Positions 24,615 to 37,700 of a stretch of DNA of 64,000 bases are shown here, one piece after another. Within the stretch, counting starts at the first letter, position 1, and the number at the start of each line of letters is the position of its first letter. The DNA comes from Ophelia neglecta (Eukaryota): the NCBI GenBank assembly GCA_965285935.1, contig OZ260663.1:48422001-48486000 (forward strand), written 5' to 3'. A program made the translations under genes and the position numbers. The notes beneath the pieces were generated by a model, which was not told the origin of the DNA, searched no databases, and saw nothing but the letters and a program-made list of their open reading frames with translations.

Positions 24615-26585
24615 CTATTTCTGAGTTGAAGTGACTTGTCGACTTGGTCTTCCGTTTGATTTCTTGGACAAGTACTGTTTAACATTAGTTCTGATTGGTC
24701 TTAGACCAACACTCTCAATGGTGGCACTTTTAATCCTAGGCATATTCCTTGAATATATCAAATTTGATGACGATTTTCTGCTCAATGGGAAGGGAAGATT
24801 CTGAGTCGAAGGTTTCATAAGAGATGTCTTTGGCCTCGGAATCGGTTCACTCGTGACAATAGAAACTTTTCCCATATTATTGCCTGGAATGTTGGTTTTT
24901 GGACTATTGTTGGGAACGGATTTTAAGTCTTCATCTTTGGTACTTTTTGCAAATGTAGTGAATTGAAACATTGCGCTACTGGAGGCGTGTTCGTAATCAT
25001 CTCTCATATCTTCGATAAGCGAACGGGAGTCAATCGTCCTGTCATCCTCGGATAAACTAAAACTAGGCACGACTTGAGATATGGAGGCTTTACTGTCCAG
25101 GCGACTTAGCATACTAACGTCACTTTGTAAGTTGTCTGCCTGACAGACCTGTGGCTGATTGAGGCCGAATTGCTTGTCATTCTCGGCTTTAAGCGGCTCA
25201 CGGTGGACTGCGACTTGGACAACGATATTGGAGTTTGGTTCGCTGGTCTCCGATGCCTCGGGGGAATTGGCCCTGGGCACCCCCCTCTCAGACGACTCTT
25301 CATACAAACCGTTTTGACCCAACGCTAGGTATGTATCACTGGCAGCGCAAGTAGCACCAAAAGCATCCGTACCAGTTTGGTCTGTGTCACCTCCAATGAT
25401 ATTCTCTGGTGTGATGGCTAAATCTGCATTGGTGTTTTTGCTGTCATTCCCCAGTCCACTTGTTTCTACTTGGTCGTCCGAGTGTGTATTTAAGCTGTTG
25501 CTGCTTCCCCTACGAGGACAGGCAGAGTTCTCCGGATCTGTCGCACTCTCTGTAGTGAGACGTGCCCGAGCGGCTTTAGGACGATCAGCCTCATCGCCGG
25601 AGAAAACAGCAGTCCTTTTTTCCAGCTCACTAGTTTGTTCGTTTACGGTCAGACTGTACACAGAGTCCGTTTCATGGTCGTAAAGTGTTGGTCGCTTCTC
25701 AGGTAAATGATGCGTTGATGTTTGCCCCGTTATTGGTTTATTTTCTTGAGGTCTATTAGACAGCCAAGCAGGTGAATCAGTAAATATTTCATTTAGCTCA
25801 TCCTCCGTCATTACCATTAATTCATGTAAACATGAGGCGGATGGATACTTAGTGCTCATTTTATTTTCTCCTGCCGGCAGAGTGTGTGGTTTGGCCGAGT
25901 GAATAGGAACTAGAGAGGTTGGTTCTTTGCCACCAATGTCAATGGTAAATATATCTAAAGGAATTCTTTTTAGAGCGCTTCCTATATGGGTATACTGAGA
26001 TTTCACTGACTTAGCTGAACCCGGCCTCATTAGATGCTTTTTTAGCATTTCTTTTTTTGTCAATCCATCGTCGGTGGAAGGAGTAGCCCGGTCTCTCCTC
26101 ACTTGTCCAATGATCAGATCGTAAAAATTAGGCTTGATTTTTCTGGCCTCCTTCGTCTTTCTCTCTTTTTCCTGTTCTTCCATTATTTTGATCATTTTGT
26201 CTCGGGTTTCGCAGATCACCACACATGCGACAACGATGGTAAAGCAGCCACATCCCATGAGGACAGGACCGGTATATGCAAGGACCCGAAAATGTTTGGG
26301 CGCCGTTGTGTCTCCGGGGACCGACCACGTGTTAGTACCATTGTTAACCTCCTCCGAGGAAAAATGTTCGGCGTAATACCCAACGGTGCACATCGCAGTG
26401 CCGCCCATCAGAATTAACAAGCCCACAAAAACCGCGACACATGTTGACCACATGAAGGGAACGTAACATCGAAACTTCCGCTTTGGTTTCCTAGGTTTGG
26501 GCTGCTTGAAGAGCACAGAGTTCTGAGTACCTCGCCTGTTGGCGTTGAGTAAAATCCGCCCTGATATACCTGCTCTGGCAAACAT
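24615..26585 (-). CDS. TMEM200: TMEM200-family (DUF2371) transmembrane protein, 656 aa
   Basis: Single long ORF. A basic N-terminus is followed by TM1 (VAVFVGLLILMGGTAMCTVGYY), TM2 (YTGPVLMGCGCFTIVVACVVICE), the ETRDK motif and a long disordered S/T-rich tail. This is the TMEM200 architecture. Probable 5'UTR intron 28975-27162 (CAG|gtgagt...tttttcag). Confidence 0.88.
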   Translation of the reverse strand: MFARAGISGRILLNANRRGTQNSVLFKQPKPRKPKRKFRCYVPFMWSTCVAVFVGLLILMGGTAMCTVGYYAEHFSSEEVNNGTNTWSVPGDTTAPKHFRVLAYTGPVLMGCGCFTIVVACVVICETRDKMIKIMEEQEKERKTKEARKIKPNFYDLIIGQVRRDRATPSTDDGLTKKEMLKKHLMRPGSAKSVKSQYTHIGSALKRIPLDIFTIDIGGKEPTSLVPIHSAKPHTLPAGENKMSTKYPSASCLHELMVMTEDELNEIFTDSPAWLSNRPQENKPITGQTSTHHLPEKRPTLYDHETDSVYSLTVNEQTSELEKRTAVFSGDEADRPKAARARLTTESATDPENSACPRRGSSNSLNTHSDDQVETSGLGNDSKNTNADLAITPENIIGGDTDQTGTDAFGATCAASDTYLALGQNGLYEESSERGVPRANSPEASETSEPNSNIVVQVAVHREPLKAENDKQFGLNQPQVCQADNLQSDVSMLSRLDSKASISQVVPSFSLSEDDRTIDSRSLIEDMRDDYEHASSSAMFQFTTFAKSTKDEDLKSVPNNSPKTNIPGNNMGKVSIVTSEPIPRPKTSLMKPSTQNLPFPLSRKSSSNLIYSRNMPRIKSATIESVGLRPIRTNVKQYLSKKSNGRPSRQVTSTQK

Positions 26586-29379
26586 AGTTACAATTGGTCG
26601 ATATCACACAAACAATGGTTCCCAACTCATATTGTAATTAATCATTATCCGCACATGACAAACACGGCGCTGCGGGGAATTGAATCAACTTGTCTTGTTT
26701 TTTCCCATTGATTTTCTGAACTTTGCCCCTGGCATTCTCTTTCCTGGACTCCCGTACGTATGTGTTCAGCCGGTAATGTATGAACAAGCTACGTAATGTT
26801 CATCTTTGTTTCTAAAGCTCGGGAGGCAAAACCGCCTCGGTTCCTATTTGTTGCCTCAATCGATGTATTGATTGCCATCGCTTTGTCATCAGTCAGCTCA
26901 CTATGTCAGCAACAGGGTAGCAATCAATAATATCGACTAACAAACTTTAAGATTTCACGTCTTCCGGGATTTCACATGTTTGTTTTGTATCGTCTAGATA
27001 TACGCGTCTTTCCGCGAGTTAGGTCTAGATAAATCATGTGAAACAGGTTCTATAATCGAATGGAATAAATCTTAGTTTAAGCAATTTCCTTTGCAATGCC
27101 GCTCATAGTACCTCAACGTCTTGCAATGGAATTGTTTCGGGCGCAACTTTTCATTTTCAGCCTGAAAAAAAATTGTGATAAAACGAATAAGGCCATATAA
27201 TTATTTGACTAGAAGTTGATCCTTGAGGAATAAGCATATAGCCTATTACTAAAAATTTTGATCCGTCATATCTAATATCTACCAACAATTCTGTCTGTAC
27301 TTCATATAATGTATATTTAGGACTTGGGGTTCAATATAGTGTTATTACGCACAGGCCCAAGTCAATCGTTATCTCTCCCATGAAGCTGAATTATTGACTT
27401 CTCTCCTCCAGCCATGCTCATGAATGACATCGTTCTGATCAATCCGATTTTCACTGTTTACAACCTCGTGTTGAGCATTAAGGCATGCTAGTCAGGGGTA
27501 CTTTGAATACACACAATCCCTTGTCGTGTTGAGCGTCTGAAATAAAAGTTTGGTGTTATGAATTGCCATGTTTGTTATTTATCGAGTTGTTTCTTTTTGG
27601 ACTTGGGTGTCATTGGGCTGTCTACAAATAGGAACGTTAATTCGGTGATACAGAACGGAATTTTGTATTTAAAGTAGAGAGCTAGTGCATGCACATGGAT
27701 GTTCCTCTCTTTCTTGTAGGTCATATCATATGAAAAAAAAACCTTTAGAGCTTGAGCGATCCAATCTTGCTATGTCAACAAGGAAGGCCCGAGTCGACAG
27801 TTGATGCAAAATACAAGGCAACATATTACCCCATATATAATACACAAAGGCACTGCAGAAGTGAACAGGTGGCAATTTAATCTTATTCGAGCTTAAAAAA
27901 CCGTAAAAAGGGTCTAAACTGTAAACCCTTTACCCGGTAAAAAAAGAGACAAAGACATTTTCAATGTCCGTTCAACAATATACTATGCAAGAAAAGGTTT
28001 AAAGTCTCCTGCTCATGCATAAGAAAAGAGAGCAAAGGATAAAAGAATCCGTTTGGATTGAATATCTTTGCTATATAGCATGGCTATAGCAAAGCTAATA
28101 ATGAAACATTGTCCACTATGAAGTCTGTATCGTGTTCCAATCCTATATTATATAGGTCTAGGAAACAGAACTTTTAACAACGCAACTTACATAAAGTTTT
28201 GTGAATTCTTTTGTAGCCCTTTAACCGGAATGAAAACTGAAATTCTTCAGACTGGATAAAAAACTGAATTATCAAATCACCTATTCAATTAGGAAAAGCA
28301 TACAAGTAACAGCAGATGGCATTATAATACAAATTGGAAGTAAAAAATGAAAAAATGATAAAGAAGAATGGGCTTATGCTCCCCAGTATGGCTTTTGGTT
28401 GGCACAAATTTCGCTAGCTATTCTATGATGTTGTGGAATTATTATTATACATGTGAGAGAGTATGCGTGCTTCAGTGGTATTCAGCGTGAGGTTCGGTAA
28501 CTTCAGGTTTCTCTAGCACGGGGAAAAGTTTAATGTCTTCTACTCATGAAACTAGGAAACCAAGGCGACTTTCAAAATTGCGAAAATTTTAGACATTTTT
28601 CCATGGCTATGGAAAGTCGCATTATGTTCCCGGCCTGCTTTTCGTTGCGGGGGTTTTAAGCCATCCTGGTTAATTTGTTCACTGCTTCTTGCACACTGAC
28701 ACGAGAAGAAATGAGCGACTTCATTACTACTTCAATAGACGCCTATGAGATGAATTCAGAAAAAAAACTACATGTATATACACTCAACTATTCCTCAGTT
28801 ATCTCAAACAAATCTACCTTTTCCCAGACATATACGGCATTGTGTTTATTGCTGTAATACTAGGGTGTCGTTCCATTATGTCATTAAAAAATAATCAAAC
28901 CGCGTACTGAGAATCTAACTTGACTTTGAATAAAAAATATTAGACAGGAGTTGTTTATTCAAATTTTTGACTCACCTGGTTTCCCTTATATTAAGAACGC
29001 CCTCAGGAACTCTCCTTTTTAGTGTGCTTTGATCGAAAAGAAAACTACAGATAATGAGGGCATTCAGGTTGAACGTCAAATTATATCACAGTTTATCCTA
29101 CTGGCGGACCGACATATAGAACATCATCTGCATGCGCTTGTGTTATTATGCCACAACAAAAGTATCTTCAAAATTTGAAATCAAACACAGCTGCTACGGT
29201 TTCGACTCGTGTACTGTCTTTCTGACAGCATTGGACAGACTGCTAGTCAGCCAGTCTGTACAGTATTCTGAACATCGAGCGCGTGTTCAATCCGAATACT
29301 GGAAAACAAATGCCTACATTAAAAGTCACTAAAGGGCATTTACAGACTCTAGCTAGATACTTTGTATTTTAGTTCCTTT

Positions 29380-29613
29380 GTTGCCATAGACAACCTTATG
29401 GTTCAATGGGAGCAGCAAAACATAAAACATACATATAATTGGAAATGGCAGCATGAAACCTAAAGTATTGAAAGCTACAATTGTATGATATAGGATTATG
29501 GTAAATAATTTACAACAAAGTGAATTGATTGATGGAACCTTTTGGCCAGCCGAGTTGTGTATCCCTCGACTATTCTATTGACTATCGACAACGGGTGTTA
29601 GTTGTATGGCAAC
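29380..29613. promoter_or_regulatory. Two RFX X-box-like sites upstream of TMEM200 exon 1
   Basis: GTTGCCATAGACAAC (29380-29394) and GTTGTATGGCAAC (29601-29613), 0.4-0.6 kb upstream of the exon-1 donor at 28976. Confidence 0.4.
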
Positions 29614-29799
29614 AAATGGAAAACTCAGCGAGGACCCCTCGAAGCAATCATAGGTGAGTTGACATTATCTGCAATATTCATTGTTCATATATACATTTTA
29701 TAGATATTTATTGAAATTGAGGCAGGATATATTTTCTCATTATAGGCTGGGCCATATAGGCAATTTAAAACCTACAGATCCAAAATTTTAATTTTTTTT

Positions 29800-29884
29800 A
29801 TATAGAAATTTCAAATGTGGTTTTGACTTGGCTTGGACTCGAACCCACAACCCTTGCGGTACCACCCACCTATAGCCCAGCTAT
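29800..29884 (-). mobile_element. Degenerate tRNA-derived SINE head
   Basis: Minus-strand box B GGTTCGAGTCC (29845-29835) with a degenerate upstream box A region. No full cloverleaf. Confidence 0.4.
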
Positions 29885-32394
29885 TAATCTAGCCTTTTTT
29901 GTTATAAAAATGAAAAAAGAGTTCTTGGATTACTTTATGTTAAGTTATTCAGACTAGACAGGGGTTTCCCTGAACAAGACAACTCCGATTCACGCAGATC
30001 ACTTCCCAGTTGCCGTAGGACAGGCAGCTGTCGAGGAAACTCGCAGAATATTTGTAGGTTTGAAGTGGATAATTTAAGTTTTATCAAATTGAATGCATAG
30101 CTTTTGGAGATGATGTTTCGGTTTTTTTGCCAAGGAGGAAGGTAGGTTGGAGTGAAAGGAAAACCATATGATTTATACTACGATTTTCTATGTTCATTTA
30201 TTGTGGCGACTTTGGTTTTTTTTTTATCTTTTCGTGTTTTTTTTTCAAAGTTCATTGCAGTGTATAAAACAAACATGATAATGACTCTTGTAGTTTTCTT
30301 GGGTTAAGTAACTGAAATAGGCAGTTTGGGTGATTACCAATCCTTTTAACGCATGTCAAACATCCCGTAAAATTAAAAAAACGCCTAGGCCCAAGGTCTC
30401 ATGCCTACCAGAGAACCGACCACAAGTTTGAGATGTTACTGAAGTTTTCATGGTACTCCATCAAATCCCGGGTCAACTCTCCCCAAGAATGATTCTATTT
30501 CTCCCACTCTACTTTCTGCATTTGAAAGCTTTGGAAATGATTAATTAAAAATATAGCTATTTTTAAATTTTAATAACAAAATATGAAATTGATCAAAAGG
30601 GTATTCATATTTTGTTCAAATCGAATCGAATAAAGTGTGATTGAAATTTACCAATTTATGCAATTTTCTAGTAAAATTAAGTGACCTACTCGCTATTCAT
30701 ATGTTTGCGTATGTCTTTTTTAGGATAGTAGTCCGCTGCAATGGTATAATAAAACTACCGTAGTGTAACCAACCAATCCGTGCTATAACCAAAATTTTGG
30801 TTGGTTTTACCACGGCTGGAAACAAAATGGAAGTGATTAAATGAAAGTGTGGACTAGGTCTGGCAGATAAGCCTACTTACAATGTTCCTTAGACACAAGC
30901 TCAGAATCCGTCAAGCTGTCGAGATCCGGCTGCTTGTTGATGATCATGCATTTTGTACCGCGAACAGGACTACTATTGACAACTGCTTATTTTAAGAATT
31001 CATTCTTTAGAAAATGCATTTTTACATTCCTCAAATCATTCTTTCTTTTATTTGTCTCCTTGATTGCGTATTTTTTCCATGCTCATGTATACATTTTCGT
31101 TGTGAGTTATATACATACCAGTCAAATGAGTCCCATAGGTCAGCCGATCAATTAGCCCATTCAATGTTATAATATATGTATCCGAGAACATCAGCGCTCT
31201 TGTAAATAAATACCCTTGTGGTATGTCCTGGGTATTGTCCTATAGAATAATCATCCACCTGAAGAGTTTACGGCGAGTGCATCCACTTGTGAAAGTAACT
31301 TTAGGGCTCAGTTAGAGTGGCTAACGTGGCACATCCCACGGCAGCAGTTCGTGACGTTGTGTCATGACAACAGAGTGGTCAAATAAAGCCGTTTGCTTCA
31401 ACACCACTTTGTCAATAGACATTCATGAAAGGTGATCTGTTTAGCCTCTGCATACACATTTCGGCTGATCTGGTTTTCTTCAAAGCTGGGTGCAAAATGT
31501 ATAAGGCCGTCATGTCAGAATGGCAGTAGGTAACTGATACTACGGCGAGATTGACCATATCGCCTCTAGCACGCGCTGGTTGCTGTAGCGGGCCGCAAAT
31601 TATTAACTCCATTAATGGACCAAAGTAGTTGACTGTTCTCTTAAAACATCTCTGTGAACGGGATTAAAATTGATATGCCCCGGTGTCTGTTTCTGCCCGG
31701 CTTAGTCCCGTGGCGCCCTGTAAGGAATGGTAATGATGAGAAAAATAGCACGTTTCGAAGTGGCATGCTATGTCCGGCAAAGGTCAAGGGTTTTCACTTC
31801 AAACACAGAGGATAAATTTCCATTATCAATGATCATGGGGGCTATTATAGGAAGCATCGGTAAGGCTAAGCTACAGCTCATATATACCGGGCCGCACTTC
31901 AAATATGAAGTAAGACCAGCCTCTACATATGTATAGCTAGCTTGATGAAGTGGTAGATTCCCCAGCTTACACGTTGGAACACTGCCCGCTCTATTGTTAC
32001 ATTACCCTTCCCGTGTTCTGCCTCGCAGGAGACCGATAGCTGTTTTCCGATGAAAGCTGAAAGACCATACATTCTTCCTTTGTGCCGTTGAACCTAATTT
32101 TTAGCAGTCAAAACTCTTACTAGATCATATTGAATTCAAGAAATGCCAGTCCACATTAGTATGTTACAAAAAATAGGAAGTGAATACCCGGAAGACAAAG
32201 CAAAAACCATGTATCAAGAAAGTTGCAACTGAAACACTGTTGTTTTTGCGATTTGAACAAAAAACCTGCGCCATTTTCTCTATAACAAGTACGTGCTCAA
32301 ATGTTTAGAGGTCCCGTTGTCATTCCAACTGCCCGCTGAATACATATAATGCTCAGTGTGACCTTCAAAACTGCAACTTTCACATGATAAACGT

Positions 32395-32780
32395 TATGAT
32401 TAGTTAATGGGGACTTCCAGATACTATATGAGACTTTGCTGCACATGCTGCTTAAGTTTGGTATCTTTATAGGTCAGTCTTTACGAGTGGGTCTTGAGCT
32501 GCTTTTTGAACGAAGAAACAGACTCAGCACATCTTACATGAGCCGGTAAGGAATTCAAAAGTGTGGGACCGTGTGCTTCAATGATCGATCACCAGCTCTA
32601 GGCAGTCGTGTTTTCTGTGCAACGAGTAGTGTCTTTGACTGAGACCGCAGATCACGAGTAGCTTCGTAACCATACAGCAGCTTGGAGATGTAAATTGGAG
32701 CATCGCCATTCTGGGCCTCATACACCATTAACCAAAGCTTGACATTAATTCGGAGTTTTACTGGAAGTCAGTGCAGGCTA
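32395..32780 (-). mobile_element. Old L2/CR1-type LINE 3' fragment
   Basis: The minus strand translates to LH*LPVKLRINVKLWLMVYEAQNGDAPIYISKLL...RDLRS...KTRLPRAGDRS...VRCAESVSSFKKQLKTH, the typical L2 ORF2 C-terminus, with a stop and a frameshift. Confidence 0.8.
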
Positions 32781-34750
32781 TACAGGACAAGTCTAATGTG
32801 GTCACTTATTTTGATATGTGTAACCAATCTAGCCACAAAGTTTTGCATTCTCTGCTACAGATTAAGCACTGCTGCAGAGACACTATACAGCAAAAAATTG
32901 CAATAGTTAGTGCGGGATGTCACAAGTGCATTTACGCACTTCTTCGTGGCACTAGTTGTAAGACTATTTCTGGTGCGTCAAATGTTTCGATAGATTTTAA
33001 GAGGTCGTCCTGAGCAAATACATGTTCAATGCCTTGAGGTGCATGGTGTTTTAACAGTTCAAATTAGGTGTGAAAGTCATGTTGACCACTATTAGAATAT
33101 CACATTCAATATATCCAAGGTGACCTTGTTTTTTTACCCTTGGTCTATTTCAATTTTAACGAGAACAAATCAAATGGCTTCCATGTCTAAATCTATTGCA
33201 TTTACACATAAACAACGTTCATTTTTCCATATACTGCAGGTCATTTTTTATTGAAATAGGATAAAAAATGTGGCTTGAAGTTTTGCTTTCGAAACTGACA
33301 TTCATAACGAACATTCGTACCTAACAGCAGAGGCCTCATGGTTGCCAGAAATATTCTATTTTTCTATTCATCGGTGTTAAATTTTAAATATATATGTATA
33401 TTTAATTTCAATACAGTCTACCTACTAAAAAGTCAGAACGGCTTGATTGAGTTAATATTGCAGGTCTGCTTAGGTTTTGACATTGTCATCCCTTTCTTGC
33501 TTACGGAAACCAAATTCTCTGGGCCACTCAAAGGCAGCGGCAGGAGAAAATCGGATACGATTAGTCTTAGTAATCTTGCTAAACAGACGAACGCACACGT
33601 AACGGTTACCTCTCAGGCTTAACCTCGGATTGGAGTTTTACCTACATTTTGACCTGGCTATGTATACTCATATAATCTATACGATACTTGTAACTGCTTT
33701 GCACTTGGTCAAGAAGGCAGAAAGTGAAAAGGCCAACGAGTAGATAAGCTTATAAACTAGCCTTTGCAATATTTCGATAAAAACAATGGGCAGCGAGCCT
33801 GGCAACATTCAACTCACAAGTTCATAGTCACTAATCTGAGGGCTGCCGAGGAATTCCACTGAATATTGTGTAAATGGTAGAAGTTGATATCTAACACTTG
33901 ACTAAGGATAGCTTAGCGCACCAGAGCCACTTCTTGACTATTCTTTCAAGGGTATCTTATCAACAAATGTCAAGTCATAATTGCCATCGAGATTTTTATG
34001 TTGGTGTACATAGTTTGTGTTTTTTTCATTCGAGTACCAGTTGATGATAAGCAATATTTCGGAGGTAAATACAAACATATAGCTAGCCCCTAAATCTCTT
34101 AGACTGAAGCATTGCTAGGACTACAAAAGTGGTATTTGTGTCAAACGGATGGGGGACGACGTTGAGACTTGTATGTAGTTTTGAATGTGGAATCAACCTT
34201 TTGTCATCAAAACTGTAGTTCAGATTCGCAAAATGATTAAGTCGAACCTTCATAAGATCAAAAACATGGTTGGGTTTCCCGCGCCATCCGTAAAACGTGG
34301 GCATTGATTAATTTGCAGTACTAAACGATACTTCCAGTTTCCGATGAGTTTGGAAATCAAGCTCAGATATAGGCGTAGCTGCATTAAGACATACACGATG
34401 TAAAACGACAATCATTAGGTTTAAAGTATGTGAAAAATATACCAACACGCATGTGATCTGCTTTTCAGAGCAGCTGAGAGACATAAGTAAATATAATGAT
34501 ATGAAAATATCTATGACTCTCATTATGAAAAGGTAGAACAAATAATGTTAAACTCGCTAGATTCTATCCGTATTTTGAGCACAACAAGCATTATACAATG
34601 ATACAAAGAGATAAATGCACTTTCTTGTACTTTGATAACCTCCCTGTAAATAGGAGTAAGGTGCAGATTGAGGAATATCGCAACGTGGGACTTGAGGCTG
34701 ATAAAATGACATGTCTGAGCTTTCTAGTAATCTTAAGTTTAGGATAGTTT

Positions 34751-37700
34751 TCAGGTATCCTTTTCTTTAAAAACACTTTCGTCGATGTCTACTGGACCCG
34801 ATACGTGTCTGTACATATGCTTCTGTGGGCTCTCAAATCCATTTTGTGACGTTGGGTCTGATTTGGTAGGCGCCTTTTTGATCCTCCTTAGAATGACAAT
34901 TCCTGTCGTGATACCCAGTACCTAGGGAGAACGGCAAGTGGATGAGTATAGTAACGAATTGACGTTTACATCTGTGCAACTAGGTCTGTGCTGGTAAACA
35001 GAGTGTATGGTTAATCAGATTTTTACTTGTAGATCTAATATCTAATCATATAAATGGGTCCCGGCATATTTAGAAGACAATGTTTACGAAGTGTATTCAG
35101 TACAAGATTTCAAATATAGACAACTAATTATTGAAGCAACTACGTAATTTTCCTAAACTTGATTGTAATTATTGTTTTTTGGCTAATATGCAAAAAGCAT
35201 GTGCATATTAATTTGAAATTTTGGGGTACCCGCTAAAACATAAAATCAGCTTCTAACAGAGACGAATCAAAACCGAAGACTCTTTCAAGAATAGTATTTC
35301 AGCGATAATAATAATCATCTTTATACCTCCTTGAGACAGAAGAGAACAAGAAAAAACTGTCTGTGTGAGAATATATGATAATAAAATAAGTAAAGGTTCA
35401 TACAAGAAAATAAATGGTTATAGACTCATATGATTATGATAGAAATGTTTTCAATGTGATACTCAAACTGAATGTGCTGTACTGATATTGGGTTAGTGTA
35501 ACAAGACAGAAGCGCAGGCATGATCCCGACTCAATACACAACCATAAAACCTCTTTATGCTATCAATGTGCAATGTTCGTACCCATCGCGACTGAACTAC
35601 AATCCAATCTTGCAACTGGCGGAGAAAGTTTCTGACCAATACCAATTGGTTATTTCATTCGGTTTATTCAAATAAAAAAAGGCCTTGACTTTGGAATCGT
35701 TTCCAGAATCAAAGATTGGACATTATTTTCATTAGTTTAGGAATAGTCATTTTTACTTTTTTTTCTAGTAGTGCCTTGACTGAGACACCAGTGCACGAGT
35801 AGGTTCGTATCACTCCAGCAGCTCGGGTATTACATAGAGGCATCGCTGTTCTGGAGCTTGTACTTTAACGAAAGCAAAGCCAATTGTGTATTTCGCAGAC
35901 AGCCGGTTAAATTCATATCAAAAGAGTGTTCAGTTCCTAACCTTATAGAGGCAATACCTCATAGAGACCCGACAAAGATCCTAATCCGGAAATATATGTG
36001 TCACAGTCATCATTGTAAACGTGAAGACAAGTACCAATCTTTCTGATGAGCAGCCCGAGAGAAAAGTTAATGAGAAATAAAAGTGGACCAACGACCGATC
36101 CTTGTGGAACACCCCATAGAGGCCAAACCTGTGCCAGGGACAGTATGTCTTATCATAATCGACTGAGATTAATTTGAAGGATGACTTGAACCAGCTACAG
36201 GCTATTGGAGCATTGTATGTAGTAACACTAATAGAAGCCTCGGCAGCGAAATAATGAAAGTTTAAGGTCCAAAGAACTACTGCCAGTGTGTTGGAAACAT
36301 GCAAGACTATGACATAAAGATTAACACATAAAGGAAAAACCAGCATACTGCATGTAATTTACATGAACGGAATAGGCTATTCAGTGCATCCGTAATATAT
36401 TCTTTTCTTGTTCATTTCATCGGACTACGATGACCTAAGAACATATTATAGCTATAGCCATCTGAACTAAAACCACACCCAATATACATATAAACCTACA
36501 AAACTATCAATGACTATAATGCTTACCTTCTGTTAAACATAAAATGACATGCTTAGAATATTAGAGATATAGAAAAACAAAGTTTCCTAGGAAAAGCACT
36601 TTCTCACCTCGGAAGCTAGAATACATCCCACGAGAGACAATATAACAATGGTATTGGCTCCCAGAGACTCAGACAGGTAATCCTTACAGCCTACGGTGTA
36701 GGGCTCATATAGAAGGGAGCCTCCTCCTGTGTCGGTCACGTTGTAACAACTTATGTCCAAAGTCAAACTGGGGCTGGAAGATTCTGATATGGGGTCCTCA
36801 TACCCGCAGCAGCTGAACTGAAATAATATCTTCACCTACTGAAGTTACAACACCGTTAATTAAACCAGTGCCAACGATGGCAACCACCAAATAAATTAAA
36901 AATCACTATTTCTTACAACCCGAAATAATATTTAATTATGTGTAGGGGCATGTCGATTCCTATTTATTCTTTTGGCTCTTGCGAAGAAGGGGACACGCAT
37001 CTTTTGGTTTCCTACAGTGGTATACTACAATCAGGGGTCCCCAACGACCAAAATGTCAAAAAAGGCCAAAAAGTATAAGAAAAGTAAATATCTATTCATT
37101 TGTTATTCCCAAGCTGAAAAAAGCTTTGTCAAACATTCATATCTGTTCTTATTTGCCAGTCAGCAGGCAGAACTAAGAGCAGCCAGCACATACATCATAT
37201 GTACAGATACATTGGGTCACTACAATGGAGGCTACAGAACACAGGACCACAGGATAATCAAAAGGCAACCAGCCAAGATTTTGATAAGTTGATCTGTTCT
37301 TAATACTTTATTTTGCCAGCCAGCTGGAACTGCATCAGAACAGATCTCTGGGACTCCCATATACTATGACAGTTGTTGATTATCAAGGTGAGTAAGATAG
37401 ATTGGATGTACAATACCGTTTTTTGAACCGCAGCCCGTTCTTTATTTCCTAATTTCAGCCAGGCATTAAGGCTAAGTTGCTGTCAAAATAATAAGATTAG
37501 AACTAAGTTAAAACCATAGACCTTCGGCCACTTTATTGATCCAATCCCACGTAAGATTCAGTAGGCCTATCGCCGTTTTATGTCACATATGTAATCAAGA
37601 GCTCCGACAGTGAATTTAGCCCAGAATATATATTTTAAGCAGTCAGGTGTACCTATACTTACTGTGGACCACACAGCGGCAAGAATGATTACAAGCAGTC

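Noticed and set aside
25106-26417. Several overlapping ORFs within TMEM200 (25106-25303, 25384-25683, 26103-26417, 26128-26328, 26134-26376)
   Set aside because: These are antisense or alternate-frame shadows of a real coding exon.
34755-34764. GTATCCTTTT U12-donor-like word on the plus strand
   Set aside because: It lies antisense within the last tetraspanin coding exon, with no plus-strand exon or branch site context.
35981-36346. 121-aa minus-strand ORF inside the last tetraspanin intron
   Set aside because: No recognisable domain or splice context, and the tetraspanin model is complete across this interval without it.
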